Source: Octopus sinensis (Eukaryota). Taken from it: DNA of 64,000 nucleotides. The translations under genes and the position numbers were made by a program. The notes beneath the pieces were generated by a model that had not been told where the DNA came from, searched no databases, and saw only the letters and a list, made by a program, of their open reading frames with translations. The stretch lies in assembly GCF_006345805.1 (NCBI RefSeq), contig NC_043009.1, positions 68,324,001-68,388,000 on the forward strand, written 5' to 3'. Positions 37,931 through 51,518 of the stretch are shown in pieces. Position 1 is the first letter of the stretch. Every line of letters starts with the position of its first letter.

Positions 37931-39604
37931 ACCTTCGCTGAGGTGGAGCAAATAATAGTAATAATGAGTGTTTTGCAAGGACAGCTGAGATCTGAATTGT
38001 TTGAATTTCATCTGCGACGTTTGGCTTGTTCGTCGACGCAACTCACCAACGATGCTTTTTTCTTTATCAACGCAATTCTTCATTTCAAATATCAAAAATA
38101 AATGAATTATGAACAATTATGTATAATCATGCAAAGAATAATCGTCTTAAAGATGTAAGACATTAGTACCTGAATGAAAATCCAATATGTAACTCATTCT
38201 TCTGGATTTAATAAGGTATCGATAACCGCAGTGGGACCTTTTGCCTTCAAGGTGTCTGTATTTCTCTTCGTTCTACAACAAATCGATAGACGCATTTTGT
38301 CAAGAGGAAAACACTCTTCTGTGATGCTATTTGGTGTAAAACAAGAAACATAAAGCACGAGTAAAATAACTTTGTTATCCACATTCGAAAAGCTATCAAT
38401 TATCCGATTACGCTGTTAAATTCTCATTAGCAACTATGGCGTCCATCATTTTTCTTCTTTTTTTTTTTCATGTTTCTTTGTTGTATTTACTTCTACTGCT
38501 TGATAAATTTGTTCTTGCTCATTTTCTTTCTGTGGGTCGCAATATATTTTCGAAAATGTAGGAAATCATTGAGATTTTGCTTCCGTTATTTACTTATTTA
38601 TTGTAATCTATGGAGAAAAAAATAAAACTATTTTCAAACGCAGACGACATTTTGCTTGCAGAAATGCAATCTATTATCGTGTCATGATTTGTCATACAAA
38701 TAAATAAATAAATAACATAAATAGGTATTAATGTACGAAACATTGATGAAGAAAAAAACATAAGGACCAAAAGATGGAGCGGATAATGAGAAAAGAATTC
38801 TGGCATAAAAATGATTTATGATGCTATATTTGAATATTCTTGATTTTAGATAACATAATTTAGAAACGGCCATTACATTTGTCTACGTGTATGAAGGAAT
38901 ATTTAGTGAAGAAGGAAATATCCTATTTGCCATCTTTCATATTTAGCGCTTACGAATAAATTTTAATGGAAAATTACTACAATTTGATTAGTCGATAATG
39001 AAGGCAGTATATAATTTGTAGTATATAATTACAGTATATAATTAGTGTTTTGTTAACATGCATCATTGGGTTTAAATACTTGATGACCAGTATTTAAGTT
39101 GATTCCTATTTATATCGAATGGTGGGAGATGTTTCTCAGCAATGCTATGTTTAGTGTAGTGTTAGCTAATTGTAACCTGCATCAGCTTTGCTTGTCTCCT
39201 TTAATAAGTGCAAAAGTACAACTTTTGACACGTTCCGACTCTATTCAGTTTGCACACCTTGTGGCCATCACAAACATCAACAGACGTTCAGAAAATATAG
39301 CGGAGAGTGGAGAGAATAAACGTTCCTGTTGCAACACTGACTTGATACGATCAATCACTGCATTTCATCATGTACAATATGGTCCTCAACAAGGCCAGTA
39401 CTTCATGAAATAGTCGAAGTAGAGATCTGTAAGTCACAACTGAGTCATACAGGTGACTTCTTACGAAAAGCGTAATATGGTAGCAAAAGACCGTTGAAAT
39501 GTGTTCATTATAGAAAACATCGCCATATTCTAAATAAAATTTTTTGATCTTTTCTGTACTTACGTGAAAATCCCAAGCGGTTTAAAATACCTATTTCTTT
39601 AACA

Positions 39605-39782
39605 GACAGACGGATTAAGTCGATTATATCGACCCCAGTGCGTAACTGGTACTTAATTTATTGACCCCGAAAGGATGAAAGGCAAAGACGACCTCGGCGG
39701 AATTTGAACTCAGAACGTAACGGCAAACGAAATACGGCAACGCATTTCGTCCGGCGTGCTAACGTTTCTGCCACCTCGCCGT
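39605..39782 (-). mobile_element. SINE family B
   Basis: Close reverse complement of 37535-37700. Confidence 0.9.
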
Positions 39783-39835
39783 TTAAAATACTATCATATT
39801 TATTCATTTCTCTTGTTGCTTAAATATATGTAAAA

Positions 39836-40117
39836 GAAGGCATGTGGTTTAGTGGTTAGGGTGTTCGGCTCCAGACTGTAAGATTGCGAGTTCGATTCCC
39901 AATGATGCGTTGTGCTCTTGAGAAAGATACTTTATTTCACGTTGCTCCAAAGACCTCAGCAGGCAAGTATAAGCCTTGTCGCTGTATCCCACTAAATCTC
40001 CCGGAGAACCTACGTTGAAGTTACGCGTGTCTGTGGAGTACTCAGCCACTTGTATGTTAATTTCACAAAGAGACTGTTCCATTGATCGGATCAAGTGGAA
40101 TCCTCGTCGTCGTCACA
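39836..40117 (+). mobile_element. Chimeric SINE: C-type head with G-type tail
   Basis: GGCATGTGGTTTAGTGGTTAGGG..GAGTTCGATTCCC..GTTGTGCTCTTGAG, then GTGTCTGTGGAGTACTCAGCCACTT..CTCGTCGTCGT. Confidence 0.82.
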
Positions 40118-42034
40118 GTCATTTTAAAAATCATCATCTGCAGGAAAACTCGGAGTTGTTGCTGTTGTTGTTGTTGATTACTTTTAGACAGGCCCTGATT
40201 GAGGCGAACTTTGATCAGAGATGCTCCATCCCTGACCATCTCTTGTTACCCCAAAGCAAACTGAACACAAAACTAAGTTATTCAACATTTCTGAATTATT
40301 TACTAAGACCGCAGAGTATGGTTTGAGGAGAATGTACTCATATTTATATCAGGGTGCATGACCACCGAGACGTTCCCTAAGCAAAGATGTAGAAGAGCAG
40401 ATAATCCGACGGAAAACCCAAACCGACGGAGCTTCTATTCACATTTGAATGCACTTCGTTTCACTCTCGCAAATTACATTCATTACAAACGGCCATTTCG
40501 TCAAAATACAAAGTGTTTCTTTTTGTTCAAATCGATAATATTCATTTCCCTGATTTCTGATGATAACCGAGGGATGCATCTAAGCTTTCGGCCGGAAGTG
40601 CAATATTGCGGTCGTTATCTCATTATGAAAGCACAGCTCTTGGGAGAGACTTTAAGTCACTCAAACTCATTACATTCTCCCTTCTATAAATCTGTTGCTT
40701 TCAACATAGTCAAAAGGAATTAATTAAATTCACTGTGAGTAGTTATGGACAACGAAACTAAAATTCAACGTAAGGTCGTTGAAAATTGTTCCAGTCATCC
40801 TTAGGCAATTGCTGCCTATTTCTAAATCACAGTGAACTATAATACTTGAGAAGGGGTTGGGACAGGGAAGAACTTTCAATGCCAACGTGTCTTTGAGGAT
40901 CAATAATGGATATTAGCATACAGTGATATCAACCCAATTTAGACGACGTTTTACCAAATACGATTCCATGGAAGAGTTTGGTTCATTTTACAGATTTAAT
41001 GAAATCGCAAAGCTTAAGCGAGAGTTAGCTTGTCTCATCGAAGCGATGAATATTTTTACTTGCTGCTGTAGTGAATATTATTTACTGCATTCCTTAAGTA
41101 GCCCTGCTGTCGAGTTACTGCCTGCTTCCATTGCTTCACCTTGCAACTGCTACCATTACTCTCCTTCATACTTGTTGCAACCGTTCGTACTGCTATTACT
41201 GCAACCTGCTGCTAGTCTTGTAACTTGCCGCCATTACCGCCACTGTTGTGACTTGATGCAAACTCCCGCCACTCCGTCATCCTGCTGCTTCGGACGCCAT
41301 TGTGACTTGCTGCTTCTGATACTGCCGCTACTTTCACTTTTCTGCTGCTGCTGCTGCTACCACTACTACTGCTGCTACTGTAACTTAAAGGCAACTCCCA
41401 CTCCTCCTGTTTCATCCTACTGCTACTACTGCTACTCCAACCACTTTCACTACGACTTCCTGCTACACGTGTGACTACTCCCACTTTATCCCTACTGCCA
41501 CTATTGCTGTTCCAACTACTCCTACTTTGTCTTAATGCTTCTGCTACGATTCTATCCTACTCCCACCGCACCCATTTCACACAAGTGATATTACTGTGAC
41601 TTAATGTTATTCCCGTTACTCTCACTACTCCCACTACTCCCAATTCATCCTACTGTAACTCACTGCCACTTCCATCATAACGTCTATAACCTACCACTAC
41701 CACAACAACGACGACGACGACGACCCCGCAGTGAATACCAACAATTAAATAACTACGACATTAATACGGAAGCCTGTATGTTGTTGCTGAGCTTCCTAGA
41801 AATATTAGACAACTCTCCCTCAAAACACCTGCTGCCATCTTGAAAAAAGAATACACACTTGGGACGATGTAATCCTAGATATATCTAAGAAGACTTTCGG
41901 CAGAAAATACAATATGGTGGCCGCCAGAGTTGAGACACCTTTGACATTGGTTGCAGCTCATCATAAGTCTGCTAAGTAACTATTTCTGCATTTTTGTTGT
42001 CATATTTTTTATATCACTTAACAAGGTGAAACGT

Positions 42035-42372
42035 GAAGGCGCATGGCTCACTGCTTAGAGCGTCAGGATCACAATCATGAGGTAGTGAGTTCGATTCCTA
42101 GACCGGGCTGTGTGTTGTATTCTTGAGCAAGACACTTATTTCATGTTGTTCCAGTTCACTCAGCTGTAGAAATGAGTTGCAACGTCACTGGTGCCAAGCT
42201 GTATCGGCCCCTTTGCCTTTCCCTTGGATAACATCAGTGGTGTGAAGAGGGTAGGCCGGTATGCATAGGTGACTGCTGGTCTTCCACAAACAATCTTGCT
42301 CTCGGACTTGTACCTTGGAAGGAACATTCTAGGTGCAATCCAATGGTCATTCATGACCGAAAAGGGTCTTTA
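42035..42372 (+). mobile_element. SINE family C, near full length
   Basis: GGCGCATGGCTCACTG..GAGTTCGATTCC..GTGTTGTATTCTTGAGCAAGACACTT core and a distinct tail. A partial relative lies at 43088-43235. Confidence 0.85.
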
Positions 42373-43409
42373 GTTAGTCGGAAGTTAGTTAGAAGACACA
42401 ATATATCACCATTGAAGGAATAATGCATTGAATTCAGTCTTCCATTACAGAAACATCCATGCTTCAGTAAAATTTATAGCTAAAAGCCAACCCTATGGTT
42501 GTTAGAAACAACCATATCGGATCCTCTTCAAAAGTGCAGCGTCCAATACAGGAGAAAGTATGTTTACTAGTTGAGCCATTTCAGTGGCTAACTCAGTAGA
42601 CCTTTGAAAACCATGAAAGAAGTCAGGATTGGTCACGATTTAGATTGTGGCCTTTTTAAAAATTTAAATAAGCAACAGATCCCTTTTATTGTTGTTACGT
42701 GAGACACTTTGAGGAGTAAAAGTACGTTCACAGTTATTCGTTTTGTAAATCTTGTATATTTTTTTCTGTTAAATGTTAACTATTTCTGGAAACAAGACAA
42801 ACTGGTCATCTCTGGAAAGGCTTTCATCATAGTCATTTTTAATGAGTGATAAAAGCTGAACAACAACAAGCAGGTGTTAATGAGAGAAAGACGTCAAAAT
42901 CCAGTCTTAAAGTAAGATGTATTGGATGCAGACAGGGTGGCTGCGGCTGAAAAGCCGCAGATGATAGATCTGCTCGGTGAAGGTTGGCCTGAGATTAGAA
43001 AGAAACACACCACAACAGTGACCAACATGGGGGATTTAGTCACAGACTGCTACTCTCAAAATATATCAATCTAAAATTTCATTGTGAAGACATGTGGCTA
43101 AGTGGTTAGCGTGCTGCTCTCACAATCACATGTAACGGTTTCAATCTTGGACCAGGCAGTTCGTTGTGTTCTTATGCAAAACTCTTCATTTTACGTTGCT
43201 GGTGAGCACTGGTTAGTAAATAAGTAAATCTGGCGTCCCGTTCGGAGATTTAATGTGATCTCCGTCACTTATATCCCATTGAGTCACTGAGTGACTGGCC
43301 ATATGGATCCTAGTACTTGAGACATTAATGCCCAAGGGTCAGCAATATTTCGTTTCAACGCTAAATTCAAACAAGCGAGAAATGCAACAGAGAAACAGAA
43401 AGAATTAAG

Positions 43410-43658
43410 AAATCTTGTTGTGTCTAGGGAGGGTCGTTAGGCCAATAAAGATTAACATAACCACACGCACTGGTTCACTGCCACTTCTTTATTTTATCAA
43501 CTAATAGTGATATTTTAAGGTGTTGATTGAACAATCAATTGGTTGTTAGTTTTCTATGTCAAGAGCCCTTTCGTCGCTATTCGCTACTTCATCAATGACA
43601 TCGTGCGTTTGTTTTAATTTTTATCGGCGTAACGACCCTCCCCAGACACAACAAGATT
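43410..43658. mobile_element. MITE family E relative with ~30-65-bp TIRs
   Basis: AAATCTTGTTGTGTCTAGGGAGGGTCGTTA / TAACGACCCTCCCAGACACAACAAGATTT; the imperfect inversion extends inward. Confidence 0.82.
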
Positions 43659-44177
43659 TGTTTCAACACAGACGAATTCACATGAAGAATCTTACAAACC
43701 TAATAAAAAAACAAAGTAATTAAGAAACATTAAACATAAACATACACTGTACAAGCTCACACACACACACATATGCACACACACACAAAATTATCTAAAC
43801 ACACACTAGAAGGCATTAAACTGATTATCTTATAAGCCAAATGTCGACTTTGATATTGGAAGCTCGTAAAAATCTGCTGTGACAAACTTTTAAATCGGTA
43901 AGTTGACGAGTGCTCAGTCCATTAACTAGTGTGAAAGTACCACAAACCCTGTGAGACTATTGTTTGCTGTTAGTCGCTAATTGGCGATGGACTGCATTAC
44001 AGTTCACTAACTTCGCACTTAATGAGCTACCGAAGAAATCAGTCACCAAGTCGCCAGAAATCTCTAATCAGATTTATTGATTTTATGAGGTCTCTCTCTT
44101 AACGCCTCTTCTTCATCACTATCATATGTGTATGTGTGTGCGTATGATAGTGTGTGTCTGTGTATTGAAGTGTGTGC

Positions 44178-44244
<67 letters not shown>

Positions 44245-45939
44245 GTATGTGTAGGTAAGCATTTACATATATGTATATATATGTATGTGTGTAAGGGAGA
44301 AAGAGATTAAGACAGAGGGAGATAGATGGATTGTTATAGATATATATTTGTGTGTATGTGTGTGTGTGTGTTTGTATGTGTGTATCTGTGTCTCTATGAG
44401 TGTGTGTATACGTAAGAATTCATATGCCTACATAGAGCTGAGGTAAAGCAACTCAGTCGAGTGCTCCGCATGTTTAATATCCTTGCATTAGCATTTGACA
44501 CGTTTAATACAGAGACGGGTTGAAGAATGTCGTTCTTCCGGGAGATTATCCCAGCCAGAACCACTCTCTCTAAGGAACACTTAAAATCTGAAAGTAAAAA
44601 GCAAGAGAGACGACAGCAGCCCTATAAAGTAATTAACATCTTTCGAAATGAATGAAGAAGTGCAAATCTTGTCATTAAAATCCGACCGAAGACAAAATAC
44701 TGGCATGACGTTGTTGTCTTTGCGTCCTGATGACTTGGAATGGCTGATGTTGTTAGAGTTACCTTCCTTGTTGTTGTTTTTAGAGTTAGTTTAAACGCCC
44801 TGACAGAGATTTTGTCATCCAATTTGAAAAATAAACACATTAACAAGCATTCTATCGAGTGTGTATGCGACACATGCAGATGCACACACACGCGCATATA
44901 TGCATGTATGTATGTTTGTGTGTGTGTACAAATGCATACACCTGCCTAGAAATATACAGAAATGCATTTGTGCATATACCCAAAGTACGTATTGGTGTGC
45001 ATCTAAAAATGCATGCATAAAACGAATTCTACAAAGCCTAACGTACAACGCTATGCATACTTATATACACAAAGTGTTTACATTAAGATAACTTATACTT
45101 TATGAAAAGAAGCCCGACTGTTTATGGCAATTTGGACTTAATGTTAATATAATTGTAATATGATACGAAAGTAATCTTCCTAAATAAGATGGAGCATTGG
45201 AACAACCCGTAAGATACAACGGTAAAATGAGGGGCCACACAAAACAACCGAGGGAAGGAACTTCAATGCATATCAATATTTGTTGGATAAAAAATTGTTA
45301 TGTAATGTTCCTATGAAAAGATTAAAAGTAAGAAGTAATTTGCATTATTCATTATTAGTAATGCTAAGCGTATGTTATTACTTTCTAATTAATATCCTGT
45401 GACATATTTCAGACTTAAATGACCATATGTTTTCGGGTAAAGCAATAGTATTTTTTCCTATTTTTGTTGCGGATCGTATGTACCTGTTGATAGCGCCTAC
45501 CCTTAAAACAATTGACTGTTTAACTTGTTGTTGATTCCAAAGTAGAGGCTATCGTCATGGTGCTTTCTATTGCGTTGTCCCTAGATTGCTAGCAAGAGAG
45601 CTCCGTTTAAAACGAGTTGTATTTACATTGTTATTTGATCTTGGTTGTTACGTTTGTACAATTAATTGTCGATGATTAGCATTGTCTTTGTTTGAAATTA
45701 TTAGCTGTAGAATATGATAGCATATTTATTGCATAGAGTGATAGTGAATAACTATCTTGACAAATAACAGATGGCATATGTTTCGGTAATTCTGCCCCGT
45801 TAGAAATAACGAAGGCATCATCCTTGATGATGCAGCATAAACCAAAGAATGGCTTTTAATACCAAATTTACAAAACTGGTTCCACTGAGGCCTTGAGACG
45901 GCTTTCAACCAATACTCTACAACACGATCTTTTAGGGAT

Positions 45940-46110
45940 ATGACACGATACCAAACAGCCAGAGATCATCGGTCTGACACTTATCTCTTTAGAGAGCTAA
46001 ATAAATTACTTGGTACTAGGAGAATCCGCACAACAGCCTATCATCCTGCTGTGAATGGGATAATGGAATGTTTTCATCAACAGCTCAAAGCAGCGTTTAA
46101 TAGATATGGT
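45940..46110 (+). mobile_element. Ty3/gypsy LTR-retrotransposon integrase core fragment
   Basis: LFRELNKLLGTRRIRTTAYHPAVNGIMECFHQQLKAA matches the rve motif TTAYHPxxNGxxERFHRxLK. Confidence 0.85.
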
Positions 46111-46437
46111 GACACCTTCGCCCATATAATACAATAAATGAATTAATTGCATCGCAATTCTTAATATTTATGTATTAACTTTGTTGGGTGCTTTACTGGC
46201 AGTATATTGGATATATGTTATCCCATGGTGGGTTGCACTCACAACCCTTATCTCTGTGTGTGTATATACGGCAAACGAGAAAATGGAGAGGATAGAAAAC
46301 GACGTACATCATCCGGTAGAAATTCCAGTGTGTCTATTTATTCCGCAGCATTAGAAAGTTTTAGAAGAAAACATACACATGCAGTAAATATGTGTTACAC
46401 ACACATGTTTTTATAATATTAGAGAAAAGAGCAAAAG

Positions 46438-46868
46438 ATCAGTTCCTTACGGCCGTTTCTGCCAAGAGTGAACGAAATCATCCATGCTATCTCTTCGGTG
46501 TACTGTAGGGATGGGCAGATAAAGTCTGGATGATGAGTGTGCTCCTAAGCTTCTTCAGAGGGTCTAAGTGGTTTGGAGAGCTAATACATATAATAAACAG
46601 TTAACAATAGGTACAGTGTAACTAGACACACCAGAATGTCAACCGGATGATGTATGTCGTTTTCTATCCTCTCCATTTTCTTATTTGCTGTATAAATTAA
46701 GGGTAAACCACTCTTTACCTCCACCCATATATGACACTCAATTGCGAGATTGCCACGCAATAACAAGCATTTGGGTATGAATAATTGGGTACACTACCAG
46801 CAGTATATTGGATAGGTACTATCCCTTAGGTGGTTGGCTTCCTAACCTCTAACTCACACAGAAATATA
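46438..46868 (-). repeat. Second copy of the repeat at 1-420 (possible gypsy integrase remnant)
   Basis: Direct homology at both ends; the middle part differs. Confidence 0.6.
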
Positions 46869-47004
46869 CATATATACATGCACTTCCAGATACATATATA
46901 TTTATACACACACGCACACACACATACATATATATGTGTGTGTAGCGGCGTCTATATGTATGCAAATATGTATGTATGTGTGTAGGTATAGATAAGTATA
47001 TGTC

Positions 47005-47386
47005 GTGGCACTCCGTCTGTTACGACGACGAGGGTTTCAGTTTATCCGATCAACAGAACAGCTTGCTCGTGGAATTAACGTCTAAGTGGCTGAGCACTCC
47101 ACAGAACGTGTACCCTTAATGTAGTTCTCGGGGAGATTCAGCGTGAAACAGAGTGTGACAAGGCTGGCCCTTTGAAATACAGGTGCAAAGAGAAACAGGA
47201 AAAAAGTGTGAGAGAAAGCTGTGGTGAAAGAATACAGCAGGATTCACCACGACCCCTTGCCGGAGTTTTGTGGAGCTTTAGGTGTTTTCGCTCAATAAAC
47301 ACTCACAACGCCTGGTCCGGGAATCAAAACGGTGATCCTACGACCACAAGTCCGCTGCCCTAACCACTAGGCCATTGTGCCTCCAC
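47005..47386 (-). mobile_element. SINE family G, full length
   Basis: Minus-strand head GTGGAGGCACAATGGCCTAGTGGTTAGGG..TTGATTCCC and tail ..CTCGTCGTCGTAACAGACGGAGTGCCAC. Confidence 0.9.
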
Positions 47387-47841
47387 GATATATATATAAC
47401 TACCTACATACATGCACACACATGTGTGAGTGTATATGTATATTTATGTGTATGTATTTAGGTGTGCGTATCTAAGCTTTTCTTAAAAGAATGTTGCCAT
47501 TTCTCAAAAAGTCTAGCGAGAGGTTAAGAAAAGAAATCTGAAGTGACTTAATGCTGCAATGAGGAGTGAGATGTGTTGGCATGAAGTACAGAGACCATGT
47601 CAGTTTCTCAAGTCACACCTTTTCCTCTGTCTGTCTCTGTCTCTCTCTCTTACTAACATACATGTACACACAAGAACATATATACATACACACACACACA
47701 CGTATGTATATATATATACATATATATATGTATATATATTTATAAATACAAAACATGAACAAGTCTTGTATTAACTATAGACGCGCACTCACACATACAT
47801 ATATATCTATTTATATGTGTGTGTGTTTGTACGTATGTATG

Positions 47842-47875
<34 letters not shown>

Positions 47876-48536
47876 TGTATGTATGTATGTATGTATGAGC
47901 GAAGAGAAATAACTCTGTAGGTCAAACGTGGTATGTAGTTCAACAACAAAGACGAAAAATTTTGTAGTAAATAGCACTAGTTTATTTAGCCTTGTAGTAA
48001 ATAACTTTCTTGTTGTAATAATATTTCGGGTAAAGGTTACCAGTATCAAGAAGAAAATGACTGATTGCTACTTATCTGTTATACATGTTGAAAGAAAAGC
48101 ACACATGTAAATGCACACAGTATAAATAAACAGAATACTTTTGAGACATAGATGATGACGCTAACTGTAAATAGCTGTGGAGGGTAACATTTTCAAGAAA
48201 TACGGTGATGAAAATCCTCGCAAGAGCTCAAAATGTAGAATAATTTTTTTCAAATATTCACTAATAATGGAAGTTAGGTGTAGACTTTGTACATTGGATA
48301 AATCTGAGGAGAAATCACCTTAGCAATTGGCAATTTACGTCCAAATAAAGAATTCTTGTTCATCTCTCATTGCTTAAAAAAGTTCTTCAGAAAGGTGAAA
48401 AGTGACTAGATGATGGAGTTCTAACAAGCAGAATTATTTTGTCATGGGAATATTTTATATTCGGTCATGTGACTTAGCTTTAATTTGTTTTTTTTTATTT
48501 TGTATGTTTTCTTTCTGTTTTTCGTTTCTCTCTCTC

Positions 48537-48586
<50 letters not shown>

Positions 48587-48734
48587 ACATACCTCTGCCC
48601 ACGCCTTCTGTGTGTGCATATATATGGGTGTGTGTGCGTATATATATATATATATGTATATAACATTAGTTATATATATATATATATGTATGTATGAATG
48701 AATTTATGTATGTATATGTATATATATGTGTATG

Positions 48735-48829
<95 letters not shown>

Positions 48830-48960
48830 TATGAAAAGGTTGCAAGACGCAACGAAAATTTTAGGAAAATAAAAATAAGAAAAAAGTTGAAATTTTACCG
48901 TTGAATGTGTTACATTATGAGGCATGAAAATGACTCTCCCCAGACGCAACAGAATATTCC
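48830..48960. mobile_element. MITE family E, truncated, inverted relative to 27548-27732
   Basis: TTGCAAGACGCAACGAAAATTTTAG..AATGACTCTCCCCAGACGCAACAGAATAT. Confidence 0.8.
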
Positions 48961-49187
48961 ATTCTGTTTATGCGATAAATGAATCGACAACTAATTTACA
49001 AAAGAAAAAAACTCGAATATAATAAAACAAAAACCAGTAATACATTTTATTTAACAATTATTAACAGATATAACATACTATTTCTATACTAGATAATTTG
49101 ACACCTTTAGCACAATCAAGCAACCATGAATGAGTGTTTATAGTAGAATGGTTCTCATTATATGATTCTTAATAGGTGGTATATACA

Positions 49188-49380
49188 AGGCGGAGAACTG
49201 GCAGAATCGTTAAGGACCAGGCAAATTGCTTAGCACCTTTCATCCGTCTGTAACGTTCTCAGTTCAAATTACCTTTCATCCTTTCAAAGTCGACGAAATA
49301 ACTACCACTTGAGTCCTGGGTTCGATGTAATCGACTTAGCCCCCCTCCCGAAATTGCTGGCCTTGTGCCGAAATTTGAGA
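49188..49380 (+). mobile_element. SINE family B, diverged
   Basis: GGCGGAGAACTGGCAGAATCG..CAGTTCAAATT..GATGTAATCGACTT. Confidence 0.8.
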
Positions 49381-50572
49381 TCAGTTTTAGCTGTAAGCTA
49401 TTGCTCCGGTGGCTTATATCAAATATTGTTATAAAATTGCATTAATTATAATTTTGCGCCTTTCAAATTTCAAGTTGCTTATACCGAATTGGAAATTACT
49501 CTATTTTCCAAAACAATAAAACTCATTAAGTTAAAATAAATATATAAACAAAACAAATTTCTCGTTAAATTATCAATAATCATAATTCTGTCATAGAGTT
49601 CGGGGGAAAAAAACTTTACCGATAATTACAAACTATTCCCATGAGCTGTATTTTCGCTGTGCATGTTAAATACATCGTTTAAAGGACATTAAACTCTCAT
49701 TTATCATACAGGCCTAAAACATTATATACCTCCATCAATGTTTCACCTATGTTTATTTGCGAATTAGTCACTACATCCTCACAATAATTACAACTTACTA
49801 ACAATATTAAGAAAACTGCAGATTCAGTCATATATTGCTGATACAATCTGTTTATGAGAAATTACCAGTAATATTGTTATAACTTTAAAATCATGAAAAC
49901 CGTAACTACATATCATACTATGTTCTTGAATGTGTTACAATTCTTTTCCGTCGTTAGTATACTCTGTTCATATTTCAGTAATAAATTCTAAATAAAGCGA
50001 ACATTTTTACATAATAAAGTTTTATACACAGATTTTGCCTCAGAATTCATTTAGAATGCTTTACTTAAATATACAAAATTAGTATTTGCATAATAAAAAT
50101 CTATAAAATTTTGTGTGATGAATATTTATGGCGTCTGTTCTTGCAGTCACGTGATACTTACGACTCTTGTTCCCATTGTAATTCTTTGTTTCATTGTTTT
50201 TTTTTGTTGGTTTTGTTTTTTGCCACTCCAGCTCGCTTCCGTTTGTTCTGTTTGTCTACCGATTGTGTCACCAGAGAAAGTAATTCGTTGTTAATGATAT
50301 GGAAACGTAAATTTCAAAATGTGTATAAAATATTCAATTAAATGTAATATATATTTTGTATGCGTTTATTTCAAGAGCGATGACTTTGTAATTCTAATAC
50401 AGAACGGTATTTCTGTTTCCAAATCCAGTTCAAACCGCATTTCAGTTCTCCTTCTTTAACTCATCGCGACGGATGGGTGACCAAGAACCAACACAGCAGC
50501 TACTGTGTAGCGAGCTAGATATCTTACATTGCTATATATTATATATTACATTTATGTGCAATATATATATAT

Positions 50573-50876
50573 CTGTGTGGACACGTGGGCGGTAACAGCT
50601 GCTGACCGCTCTGCCTGGCGTCGGACAGTGAGGAAAGGCGTTTCCATGGCTGAGGAAAGGAGAGCACAGCTATGGTCGGACAGGCGGGACAGGAGGAGGA
50701 CAACTGCAGCAACACCCCACACGTACCCATCGATGTTCGTGTGCAGCAACTGTACCAGGGACTGCCACTCTAGAATTGGACTGTTCAGTCACAGCAGACG
50801 CTGCTCATCATCAAAGTAGGCCCCACCCTTGGCGCGACCCATTGTCTATCAAGACAGACGGGGGAGAAGAAAGAAA
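50573..50876 (+). mobile_element. 5'-truncated RTE-clade LINE 3' end
   Basis: The open frame W..TAADRSAWRRTV..FVCSNCTRDCHSRIGLFSHSRRC-stop is the typical RTE C-terminal zinc-finger-like motif. It is followed by a short 3'UTR with TTGTCTATCAAGACAG and a GAA-rich tail, and flanked by AATATATATATAT on both sides. Confidence 0.92.
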
Positions 50877-50919
50877 AAATATATATATATATACACATAA
50901 GCCCGTATGTATTTATTTA

Positions 50920-51004
50920 TGTACGTATGTGCATCATTATGTATGTATACATGTAATGTATGTATGCATGTATGTGTGTGTGTGTATGTGTGTATGTATG
51001 TATG

Positions 51005-51038
<34 letters not shown>

Positions 51039-51145
51039 TGTATGTATGTATGTGTGTATGTATGTATGTATGTATGTATGTATGTGTGTATGTATGTATG
51101 TATGTATGTGTGTATGTATGTGTTGTATGTATGTATGTATGTATG

Positions 51146-51176
<31 letters not shown>

Positions 51177-51218
51177 GTGTGTGTATGTGTATGTATGTAT
51201 GTATGTATGTATTGTATG

Positions 51219-51249
<31 letters not shown>

Positions 51250-51346
51250 TGTATGTATGTATGTATGTATGTGTGTATGTATGTATGTTATGTATGTATG
51301 TATGTATGTGTGTGTATGTGTGTATGTATGTATGTATGTATGTATG

Positions 51347-51395
<49 letters not shown>

Positions 51396-51440
51396 TGTAT
51401 GTATGTATGCATGTGTGTATGTATGTATGCATGCGTGTAT
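50920..51440. repeat. (ATGT)n microsatellite
   Basis: Long imperfect tetranucleotide array. Confidence 0.98.
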
Positions 51441-51518
51441 GTAACCGGATCCTGCACAGATTCCGTTTACGAAATATCGCTCACATGGAACTGACAACCA
51501 GAATCTTATGAACGGAGT

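Noticed and set aside
40923-41843. Cys/Leu-rich ORFs
   Set aside because: They derive from degenerate (CTA/CTG)n low-complexity sequence, with no domain signature.
42872-42920. Possible small exon (AG..GTAAGA)
   Set aside because: The polypyrimidine tract is poor and there are no partner exons; such signals are expected by chance.
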